Below are positions 29,324-37,779 of a stretch of 64,000 nt of DNA, piece after piece. This DNA is from Candidatus Hecatella orcuttiae (GTDB lineage Archaea; Thermoproteota; Bathyarchaeia; Hecatellales; Hecatellaceae). The stretch covers positions 64,001 to 128,000 of the forward strand of contig MTLY02000002.1 in the NCBI GenBank assembly GCA_002011035.2, given 5' to 3'. The notes beneath the pieces are model-generated. The model was not told the origin of the DNA. It made no database searches and saw only the letters and a list, made by a program, of their open reading frames with translations. Made by a program: the position numbers and the translations under genes. Numbering within the stretch: position 1 is the stretch's first letter; each line of letters opens with the position of its first letter.

Positions 29324-30415
29324 ATGCAACGCAAACTGAAAATCATTCAAATATCTACCGTATTCTTCATTCTTAACATATGCTTTTACCTTCTTTACAC
29401 CCTAGTCTTACGACCCTTCATGAACGCCCTTCCGATGGTGAGTAGAATCATTGCTTCAAACTTCCCCTTCTCAGCGAATCTTCCCTCAGCCTATTCACTT
29501 CAATTCTATGTGATAGCCTTCTACTTTTTCCTCATCACTGTTTTAGTACTGCTTTTCGCAGTGCATGTGCTTCTCGACACCGTGAAGAGGTGGAGGGAAG
29601 CCGAAAGTTTTCCCATAGAAACATCGAAAGCCAAGTTTGAGCGATTCTCCCTTAACCAGAGGCTTCAACACATCGTACTGATAGTGACCTTCACCATATG
29701 CGCTGTCACAGGCTTCGCTTTGAGATACTTCGACTCTTGGGGGGCCTTTGTGATTTACTTCCTAGGCGGACTTGAAGCGAGGCGGATAGTCCATATAGTC
29801 TCTGGCTTCACCATGGGCGGTCTAGCGATATACCACATGATCTATTACGGCCGCACCTTTTTCACCACGCACAAAAGGCGAGTTGAGATCATGTTTACCA
29901 AGAAAGATCTATCCAACTTAATAGCCAACATCAAATATCTCCTAAACTTAGCCAAAGAGAAGCCTAAATTTGGGCGATATAATTATATTCAAAAACTCGA
30001 TTATTGGGGTGTTGTATGGGGCATAGTGATTTTTGGTGCAAGCGGCATAGCCTTACTCTTTTTCAGGTCACCTTTTGGAGTGGGGATAGGGGCTCCTGAG
30101 CCTTATCTCCTCGTCGCCCTTCTGTTCCATGAAAGAGAAGCTGTTTTAGCCGTCTTAACTTTGCTGGTGCTCCATTTCTATTACTCCCACCTCAACGCTG
30201 ATGTTTTCCCCATGGATCGGGTGTGGATTACCGGAAGCGTGCCGGAAGAGATTATGCGCAGCGAGCATCCCTTAGAATTGGAGGGGATAAAAAAAGGTAA
30301 GGTAGAGCCGCCTCTTCCCCCTGTACCTTGGCAGTCCATATTTCTTACTTCCCTCATTCTGCTGTTCATCACCGTCATGATACTTTCATATTCGTATGCG
30401 CGGGGGTTGATATGA
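29324..30415 (+). CDS. Di-heme cytochrome b (FdnI/HydC/CbcL-type) quinone-interacting membrane protein
   Basis: RFS..QR.QH, H..SG, H, P.FGRYNY.QK.DYW, H..EA.LA...HFY, FPM...W.TG, EHPLE. Confidence 0.87.
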   Translation: MQRKLKIIQISTVFFILNICFYLLYTLVLRPFMNALPMVSRIIASNFPFSANLPSAYSLQFYVIAFYFFLITVLVLLFAVHVLLDTVKRWREAESFPIETSKAKFERFSLNQRLQHIVLIVTFTICAVTGFALRYFDSWGAFVIYFLGGLEARRIVHIVSGFTMGGLAIYHMIYYGRTFFTTHKRRVEIMFTKKDLSNLIANIKYLLNLAKEKPKFGRYNYIQKLDYWGVVWGIVIFGASGIALLFFRSPFGVGIGAPEPYLLVALLFHEREAVLAVLTLLVLHFYYSHLNADVFPMDRVWITGSVPEEIMRSEHPLELEGIKKGKVEPPLPPVPWQSIFLTSLILLFITVMILSYSYARGLI

Positions 30416-32112
30416 GAAATCTTAAGCATCTGACAGCAGGGCCAAAGATAAATAAGAGAGCGATGGCGGCTTTCTCGATCATTATTATTCTTTCTATCGC
30501 TTTTAACACAGCCTTCGCCTCAAAACCTTCTTTCCCCTCCCAATCTACCGCAGCTCCTCCCATGCCGGAAGACCATGAGGGACGTACCGTCTGTAAGGGC
30601 TGTCATGAAACGGGTGTAGCTGATGCTCCTCTTCTCCCCCCATCGCCTGATCACACAGTTTTCCCTGATGATTACGTGATGTGCAGTGGATGCCATGAAC
30701 TAGTTTTGTCGCCTACACCGTCCCCTACCATCGCAGTTACACCTTCACTTCCCCTGCCACCAGAAGAGTGTGGAGTATGCCACGAAGAGTACGAAGGATG
30801 GCAGCAGTCTATCCATGCTGAGAAAGGCGTCAACTGTCTTGTTTGCCATTCCGGCGTTGAAACCGTGCCTCACGAGGAAGTCGTAGTAGATCTGGCCGTG
30901 TGCAGTCAGTGCCATGGGGGAAGGTTTCAACTGGAAGTCATCAGCATCACTTGTAACTCATGTCACGATCCCCATAGTCAGACTTTGGAGGTTGAAGTCG
31001 CTAAGCTATGCAGTCGCTGCCATTCAGAGGAGTACCAGCGATGGAGTGACTCTGCTCACGGTTTGGCGGGAGTGGCCTGCGAGAAATGCCACCGTCATGC
31101 AGAGGTGGGGCACGTGCACAGGTTGGTAGAGGTCAGTTCTGTCCTTTGTGGTAGTTGTCATGTCGAGCAGTACCGGCTTGAGATAAAGCACGACATCAAC
31201 TGTGCTGACTGCCATGAACCTCACAGCCAAGACTTGAGAAAGAAGGTGCCGGAGTTATGCGATAGATGCCATGACGACATATATCGAGATTGGAATATGT
31301 CCCCTCACAAAGTAGAAGGAGTCTCATGCGACGTATGTCATCCTCATGCAGAAAGCGGCCATGTTCACAGGTGGATCAACGCCTCCTCTGCCGCTTGCGG
31401 ACAGTGCCATAAAACCTTTGAAGAATTAAGCGAATCGAAAATGGCTGTGTATGATATCACATGCACCAACTGCCATAACCCCCACTCCCAGGAAATTAGG
31501 ACCCCCACTGTTTCCACCCTCTGCGGGCGCTGTCACAATCAGACCACAAGTCCAGAATACTATTTCTGGAATGCCAGCGTCCATAAGGCTGTGGGAGCAA
31601 GTTGTGAGACATGCCACATGTACTCTGAAGGAGAGCGGTTCAGGCATAACTTTACTCAACCTCTCTTAGAAGAAGCATGTGAGCAGTGTCACGCGATCCT
31701 ACCTTCGGGAGAGTTACATGCCCTTCAGTACAGGACTGAGTATGAGATCAAGAAGGCTGAGGAGAAAATAAGGGCGGCTGAAGGAGTTATCGCCAAGGCC
31801 AAATCTGTCTTCAAAGTAAGTGAAAAAGACCCTCTAATGGTGAAAGCTGAAAGCATGCTGGCTGAGGCTGAACACATACTGGAAATGGTGAAGAATGAGA
31901 AAAGTCGAGGGTTCCATGCACCCATACTTACTCACATGCTTATATCCCAAGCCTTTAACTTGGGAGAGCAATCTCAGCGCATAGCTTTGGAGCTGGCGGG
32001 GAGTAGGTCTCTCAGTTGGGAGATATCTCTGCTGATTGCTTTAGGCATAATAGCAGTCATGGAGTTAGTAGTGTTCTCTTACAAAATTAGAAAGGCTTCT
32101 GGTAAAATTTGA
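30412..32112 (+). CDS. 17-heme c-type cytochrome with C-terminal membrane anchor
   Basis: Signal peptide, 17 CxxCH, SRGFHAP helical domain, C-terminal TM; ATGA overlap with the cytochrome b gene. Confidence 0.9.
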   Translation: MRNLKHLTAGPKINKRAMAAFSIIIILSIAFNTAFASKPSFPSQSTAAPPMPEDHEGRTVCKGCHETGVADAPLLPPSPDHTVFPDDYVMCSGCHELVLSPTPSPTIAVTPSLPLPPEECGVCHEEYEGWQQSIHAEKGVNCLVCHSGVETVPHEEVVVDLAVCSQCHGGRFQLEVISITCNSCHDPHSQTLEVEVAKLCSRCHSEEYQRWSDSAHGLAGVACEKCHRHAEVGHVHRLVEVSSVLCGSCHVEQYRLEIKHDINCADCHEPHSQDLRKKVPELCDRCHDDIYRDWNMSPHKVEGVSCDVCHPHAESGHVHRWINASSAACGQCHKTFEELSESKMAVYDITCTNCHNPHSQEIRTPTVSTLCGRCHNQTTSPEYYFWNASVHKAVGASCETCHMYSEGERFRHNFTQPLLEEACEQCHAILPSGELHALQYRTEYEIKKAEEKIRAAEGVIAKAKSVFKVSEKDPLMVKAESMLAEAEHILEMVKNEKSRGFHAPILTHMLISQAFNLGEQSQRIALELAGSRSLSWEISLLIALGIIAVMELVVFSYKIRKASGKI

Positions 32113-32238
32113 TCGAAGATTTTTTTTATATATATAATAATTTATAAATTTAAATTATTGTGCAAAAATTTATATATCTAATAATAGTAATAAAAGAAAC
32201 GTTAGAAACCCTGCCAAAAAAGGAAGGGGGTATATACG

Positions 32239-34149
32239 ATTAAAAATAGACATCTTATTTATTTAATGGCTATCACCATAACCATCCTAGCCTTCGGTTC
32301 CATCGCAGGAGCATTGACGATCCAAGCAAACATACAGGCTTCCCAAGAAACATACGCCGCAGAGATCCCAAGCTACGTCGGTCCAGAGACATGTAAAATA
32401 TGCCACCCCGCTCAGTATGAAGAATGGAAAGACACAGGCCATGCTAACATGATACTCACCGCACAGCAAGCGCAGGAGGAAGGTTTCCCCCTGCCCGAGG
32501 GTATATCTTGGGATGATGTGGCGTACACCTTAGGAGGCATTTGGAAGATACGCTACATAAACACAAGCGGTTACTTTATAACTTGGCATTATGAGAATGG
32601 AGTCAAAACACCTGGGAAAAACCAATATAATATCGCCACAGGCGAATGGGTCGACTACCACGCTGGCGAAGTTAAAAAGTATACTTGCGGAAACTGTCAC
32701 ACTACAGGCTATGATGTAGAGGCCGCGTCCCCAGAGGGTATGCCTGGCATCGTAGGCAACTGGCAGTTCCTCGGCATCACCTGTGAGTCTTGCCATGGGC
32801 CTGGAGGAGACCACATCACGGGGCCCACGCAGAACAAAATGGTCATCGATGTGAGTGCGGAGGTCTGCGGGCAGTGCCATGTTAGGGGTAAGGACATCAC
32901 TTACCAGCTTGGAGACCCCGAATCCTTCAGCTACACCCACGGTGAAAAGCCTCATAAACATCACCAGCAGTATCATGACTGGATTCAGAGTGAACACAGC
33001 GAATCTTTAGAGCATCTTGTAGCTTTGCCCTACGCACAGGATTACTGTTTGAGCTGTATGAGTGCAGATAAAATCCTGAACACCGATCTCATCACCTTGT
33101 TCAAGGCTCCTGAAGTAACCGTCGAAAATGCCGTGAACCCTGTTACCTGCGTCAACTGCCACAATCCCCACTCTTCCGACCTGAGAATAACGAGGCCTGC
33201 CGTCAAAGGATACCCCGCCGTGGGAGAGGTTGGGTCGACTGCTGATAAATTAACTGTCTGTACGCAGTGCCACACTGGTGGAGCCACGGTGGAGGAGAAG
33301 GATAAGGAGAGATGGCATCATACCACAGGGGAAATATTCACCGCCATAGGTAGCGTACACTATGCTTCCGGTGTTACATGCGTTGACTGCCACATGGCTC
33401 TTGACACCAAGACGGCCATTGCCTATGATCTACGCAACCATACCATGACGGTTCAATCCTATGGGACATACGATTATACATGTGGTCAAGCTATAGGCTG
33501 CCACAAGGAACAAGGCGCAGAATGGGCTGAACAGCGCATATTAGATGCCCAGACTCTGTTCAGCGAATCGCTGGAGAAGGCAGAGGCAGCCATATCTTCA
33601 GCCGAAACTACTATCATCACGGCTAATGAAACCGCAGGAATTGATATGGCCACCCTCAAAGAAGCGGAAGAACTACTGCTGAAAGCTAAAAGTAGGTTTG
33701 CCTACGCAGAGGCAGATGGCAGTGAAGGTTTCCATAACCCAACCTACACCCAGATGCTTTTGGCAGCAGCTCTGGACTATGCTGCCAAGGCTGAATTGAC
33801 CGCGTCTAAAGCTATAGCCGACGCCACCATCGCCACTTTGGCTCCTGCAGAGCAAGTTGAAACCTTGCGGGCTGAGGTTTCCCGCTTGCAAGACGAAATC
33901 TCCGACCTCCAAAAACAGAACAATGCCTTAAAGAGCCAAAATGAAGACCTCCGAAAGTTAAACAGCGACCTTGAGAATCAAGTCAGCAGTTTGCAGGCGC
34001 AGGTTAGCAGTCTTCAAGACCGTGTGGCCGAGTTAGAAGCAGCGGCCCCGCCGAGGGTAGGAATGCTTTACGTTTACCTCGCCATAGGCGTAGTGGTCGG
34101 TATTATCATAGGAGCCGCCGTGATCTTCGCTGTGAAGAGGGGCAAGTAG
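32239..34149 (+). CDS. Multiheme cytochrome of the NrfA/c552/HAO-related superfamily (7 CxxCH + CxxCM + Cx5CH) with coiled-coil stalk and C-terminal anchor
   Basis: YVGPETCKICH..QY.EW..TGH, ITCESCHGPG..H, HHQQY.DW..S.H, DGSEGFHNP; first ATG is 32266, possible ATT start at 32239. Confidence 0.88.
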   Translation: MKNRHLIYLMAITITILAFGSIAGALTIQANIQASQETYAAEIPSYVGPETCKICHPAQYEEWKDTGHANMILTAQQAQEEGFPLPEGISWDDVAYTLGGIWKIRYINTSGYFITWHYENGVKTPGKNQYNIATGEWVDYHAGEVKKYTCGNCHTTGYDVEAASPEGMPGIVGNWQFLGITCESCHGPGGDHITGPTQNKMVIDVSAEVCGQCHVRGKDITYQLGDPESFSYTHGEKPHKHHQQYHDWIQSEHSESLEHLVALPYAQDYCLSCMSADKILNTDLITLFKAPEVTVENAVNPVTCVNCHNPHSSDLRITRPAVKGYPAVGEVGSTADKLTVCTQCHTGGATVEEKDKERWHHTTGEIFTAIGSVHYASGVTCVDCHMALDTKTAIAYDLRNHTMTVQSYGTYDYTCGQAIGCHKEQGAEWAEQRILDAQTLFSESLEKAEAAISSAETTIITANETAGIDMATLKEAEELLLKAKSRFAYAEADGSEGFHNPTYTQMLLAAALDYAAKAELTASKAIADATIATLAPAEQVETLRAEVSRLQDEISDLQKQNNALKSQNEDLRKLNSDLENQVSSLQAQVSSLQDRVAELEAAAPPRVGMLYVYLAIGVVVGIIIGAAVIFAVKRGK

Positions 34150-34218
34150 AAGCGCCCCCCGTCCACATTTTTTGGGATCGGGATTCGTTTAGAAGTGTTT
34201 GCCATAAGGGAGGATGGT

Positions 34219-35544
34219 GTGAGCGGCTTGAGAATCTTTAACTTGAGGGCCACTTACAAGAAGGTTTCCATCCCTCTGCTGGAGAAGCTAACTTTCAAGA
34301 GCCCCCCGAAGGCTTTGAGGAGTTTACAGAATGCGGAAAACATCAGGGAATGCCTAATTCTGCAGACATGTAACAGGGTAGAAATCTTCGCAGTAACCTT
34401 AACCCAGGAAGACGAAGAGAGAGTGGCAGAGTGGTGGAGGAAAGAAACAGGTTTCAACTCAGAGAAATTTTACAGCCTTATCGAAGTGTCCCGTGACGTG
34501 GAAGCTGTGGGCCACCTTTTCCGGCTGGCTTCAGGCCTTGAGTCCATGGTAGTCGGGGAAGCTCAGATCCTCGGCCAGATCAGGAAGGCTTTCGAAGAGG
34601 CTAAAGCCTGCGGCACGGTAGGCCCTCTGCTCGAGAAAGTTTTCACCAAGGCGATCAAGACGGGGGGTCGAGTTCGCCTTGAAACAGACATCGGCAAGGG
34701 CGCTGCATCGGTGGGTTCGGTGGCCGTAGACTTGGCTGAGGAGGTCCTCGGTGGGCTGGAAGGGAGGAGAATCCTCATCCTAGGAGCTGGGGAAACCGGC
34801 ACATTGGTGGGGAAAGCTCTTGCAGCCAGACGGCAGGCCGCGGTCTTCGTGGCCAATCGCACATATCCCAGAGCCCTTAGGCTGGCTCGGATGCTGGGCG
34901 GCCGAGCTGTGTCCTTCAGTCAGCTGGGGAAATTTCTGGCTGAAGCCGACGTGGTGGTGGTCGCCACCTCAGCGCCCCACCCAGTGTTGAAGTTGAGCGA
35001 GGTGGGGAAGGCTTTGGAGGAAAGGGGAGGAAAGCCCATGCTCATCATTGACCTTTCCCAGCCTAGGAACGTGGACGCCGAGGTAGCCCGCCTTAGGGGG
35101 GTTCAACTCCACAACATCGACGACCTCCAAAAGCTGAGCCAGCTAAACCTTAAAATGCGCGCCGCAGAGGTGGAAAAGGTTGAAAAAATCGTGGAAAAAG
35201 AAGTAGGGCGGCTGGAGTTGATGTTGAAGAGGGAAACCGCGGAACCTGTTATCTCAGCCATGCTGCAGAGGGCCGAGAAGATCAGGAGGAAAGAAGTGGA
35301 GAGATTTCTCAGCATGCTGGGCCGGGTGGATGGAACTTTGCGGAAACTCATCGAAGATATGTCCTATGAACTCGTCGAAAGAATCTTCCACCATCCAATC
35401 CAAAACCTGAGAAAAGCCGCGGAAAAGGATCAAACCTCCCTAGTTCTGGCAGCCAGAAAGCTGTTTAACATCGAAGCTGAAAGGGAGCCCCAAGATTTTC
35501 CTGAGAGCTTGCAATATGGAATACCCATGAAAGAGGCATGCTAA
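34219..35544 (+). CDS. hemA: Glutamyl-tRNA reductase
   Basis: LQTCNRVE, HLFRLASGLESMVVGEAQILGQ, GAGETG, IDLSQPRNV. Confidence 0.95.
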   Translation: MSGLRIFNLRATYKKVSIPLLEKLTFKSPPKALRSLQNAENIRECLILQTCNRVEIFAVTLTQEDEERVAEWWRKETGFNSEKFYSLIEVSRDVEAVGHLFRLASGLESMVVGEAQILGQIRKAFEEAKACGTVGPLLEKVFTKAIKTGGRVRLETDIGKGAASVGSVAVDLAEEVLGGLEGRRILILGAGETGTLVGKALAARRQAAVFVANRTYPRALRLARMLGGRAVSFSQLGKFLAEADVVVVATSAPHPVLKLSEVGKALEERGGKPMLIIDLSQPRNVDAEVARLRGVQLHNIDDLQKLSQLNLKMRAAEVEKVEKIVEKEVGRLELMLKRETAEPVISAMLQRAEKIRRKEVERFLSMLGRVDGTLRKLIEDMSYELVERIFHHPIQNLRKAAEKDQTSLVLAARKLFNIEAEREPQDFPESLQYGIPMKEAC

Positions 35545-35870
35545 TCAGTATTCTGACAGCCTTCGCTTCCGAAAGGCCTGACCTTTTCCCTTAACTTGCT
35601 TAGTCACCGCTAATAGGAGCAATAGCTGCCAAAGCGTGAGCTCTCGGATAGGGGTGTTCCCCCTCCCTCACATTGGTTACTCTCGTCTCTTCCAAGGCTT
35701 GGCGTCGCCATTGAGCCTTAGCAATCTTCATCGATGCCTTTCGAAGCTGTTGTAATATTATTCTGCTTCCCTGCTTGTTGTGGCATATTTTTCTACCGCT
35801 TCCTAAGAGAGGCTAACGTCTACAAGGGTTCAAATTGGAGGCTACAGTAAATTATTACCACTGACTACGG

Positions 35871-35974
35871 TGGCGGGCCCGGGGGGATTTGAACCCCCGA
35901 CCTCCGGCTCCGCAGGCCGGCGCCCTAGTCCTGATTTTCCGGGATGACGATGAGTCCCTCTAGACGACGGGCCC
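35871..35974 (-). tRNA. tRNA-Arg(GCG) with encoded CCA and a 25-nt D-loop intron
   Basis: GGGCCCG acceptor, CCGGC-CT-GCG-GA-GCCGG anticodon arm, GGTTCAAATCC; extra 25 nt after G15 folding into a relaxed bulge-helix-bulge/loop. Confidence 0.9.
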
Positions 35975-36096
35975 TTCTTCAGCGGTGTTAGGGTTCCCGG
36001 AGGTCACCGTCAATATTATATCTGTCTCCAATTATACGGTTTACGGTTTCGACTGCTTCCCCTTCGCAGTCTTAGATCGGATGGCGGGGATTAAGT

Positions 36097-37743
36097 TTGG
36101 CGGGAAAAATAGGGCGGCTGGAAGGCCATTGGATTGACCGGGTGGTCAGGGAACTGGAGCTCAGAGGAGATGAGCAGCTGGTCTTCAGCACCGCCAAGAC
36201 CCCCAGCGGGCCTATCCACGTCGGTGTAGGTCGGGAGCTGGTGTACTGCAGCGCCTTCGAGACCCTGCTGAGGGAGAGAGGCTTCCCCACCGCCTTCTAC
36301 TTTTTCGTCGACGACTTTGACTCCCTGAAAACCTTCCCCCCGGCTACGCCTAAGGACTTCGCATCACGCAGGGAGTACCTTGGAAGACCCATGTGGGCGG
36401 TGCCCTGCCCCTACGGGCACTGCGAAAGCTGGGGGCGCCATTACGCTCAGGAGCTCATCGAAACCTTCCCAACTTTCGGCTTCCACCCCCAGATCGTCTG
36501 GTCCCACCGTCTTTACCAGACCCCGGAGATGAAAAACCTCATCCGCAAGGCCTTAGAAAAGGTGGGCGAGTTAAAGGCCATCCTCCGCCGGGTGGTTACA
36601 CCCACGCTTCAGGGAGAGAAGCTTGAGGCCTTCCAAAAAGAGCTGGAAGACTGGTATCCCTGCTTGGTGGTCTGCGAAGCCTGCGGCCGCCTCATGACCA
36701 CGAAGGTTCAAGCCTACGACTCCCAAGGTGACCTTCTGACCTACAGCTGCAAGGCCTGCGGCCGGAGGGGGCAGGTAAAGATAGCGGACCACCCGGTTAA
36801 ACTCCGGTGGAGGATCGACTGGCCTGCCAAGTGGGCCTTGTTCAAGGTAAGCTGCGAACCAGCCGGCAAAGACCACTGCGTGAAGGGCGGAGCCTACGAC
36901 ACGGGGGAGCATATCGTCAGCCGGGTCTTCGGTTGGAAGCCGCCTTACCGCATTCCCTACGAGTGGATACTTTTGGGGGCGAAGGCCATGAAAACCCACA
37001 AGGGGATTTCCTTCACCTTCGCAGAATGGTCGGCTTCCGCCCCCCCGGAAGTCTACCGCTTCATGGTCCTCAGAGAAGAACCCCGCAAGCACATCAACTT
37101 CTCCCCCGAGCGGCTCCCCCAGCTCATCGACGAATTTGAAAGAGCTGAAAAAATCTACTTCAACCTAGAAAAGGCCTCAACCCCGGAGGAGGAAGCCGCT
37201 GTCCGGAGGGTTTACCCCCTCAGCCTGCCTGAGGGGCCCCCCGCCTCTCCTCCCCTCAGACTTCCTTTCAGGTTCGCCATAGTCCTATGCCAGCTGACGC
37301 CCCTCCTAGGGGAGGAGGGGGTGAAATCCAAGGTTCGAGAAGTCTTAGAGAAACTGGGGGGAGGAAAAAAAGTGGGAGAGGAGGTGATTTCCTCAGCCCA
37401 AGACAGGCTGAAGAAGGCGCAATACTGGGTCGTCCACTACGCTGGGGAAGACCTCCGATTCAACATAGCCGAAACCCTCCCCGCGCAGGTTCGAGAAATG
37501 TTAGACAGCCGACAAAGGGAAGGACTGAAGAGGCTGGCTGAAATGCTGGAGGAAAAAGACTGGGATGAGGCGGAACTTCAATACCAAGTCTTCGAGCTGG
37601 GGAAAAGCTTGGGGATAGGCCCTAAGATCTTTGAAGCGGTTTATCTGGTTTTCTTGGGGAAAAAATTCGGCCCTAGGCTGGCTCCTTTTCTCCTATCCTT
37701 AGATAAGGAGTTCGCCGTCAAAAGGTTGAGGGAGACCTCCTAG
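36097..37743 (+). CDS. lysS: Lysyl-tRNA synthetase, class I
   Basis: TPSGPIHVG, DDFD, KLRWRIDWP, EPAGKDH, GPRL. Confidence 0.95.
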   Translation: MAGKIGRLEGHWIDRVVRELELRGDEQLVFSTAKTPSGPIHVGVGRELVYCSAFETLLRERGFPTAFYFFVDDFDSLKTFPPATPKDFASRREYLGRPMWAVPCPYGHCESWGRHYAQELIETFPTFGFHPQIVWSHRLYQTPEMKNLIRKALEKVGELKAILRRVVTPTLQGEKLEAFQKELEDWYPCLVVCEACGRLMTTKVQAYDSQGDLLTYSCKACGRRGQVKIADHPVKLRWRIDWPAKWALFKVSCEPAGKDHCVKGGAYDTGEHIVSRVFGWKPPYRIPYEWILLGAKAMKTHKGISFTFAEWSASAPPEVYRFMVLREEPRKHINFSPERLPQLIDEFERAEKIYFNLEKASTPEEEAAVRRVYPLSLPEGPPASPPLRLPFRFAIVLCQLTPLLGEEGVKSKVREVLEKLGGGKKVGEEVISSAQDRLKKAQYWVVHYAGEDLRFNIAETLPAQVREMLDSRQREGLKRLAEMLEEKDWDEAELQYQVFELGKSLGIGPKIFEAVYLVFLGKKFGPRLAPFLLSLDKEFAVKRLRETS

Positions 37744-37779
37744 AAGCTGGAAGCTGCTGTGAAAAGCCGAAAACGATGT

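Noticed and set aside
35545-35865. Short ORFs or an integrase remnant between hemA and tRNA-Arg
   Set aside because: Only ORFs under 45 aa, with no recognisable motifs
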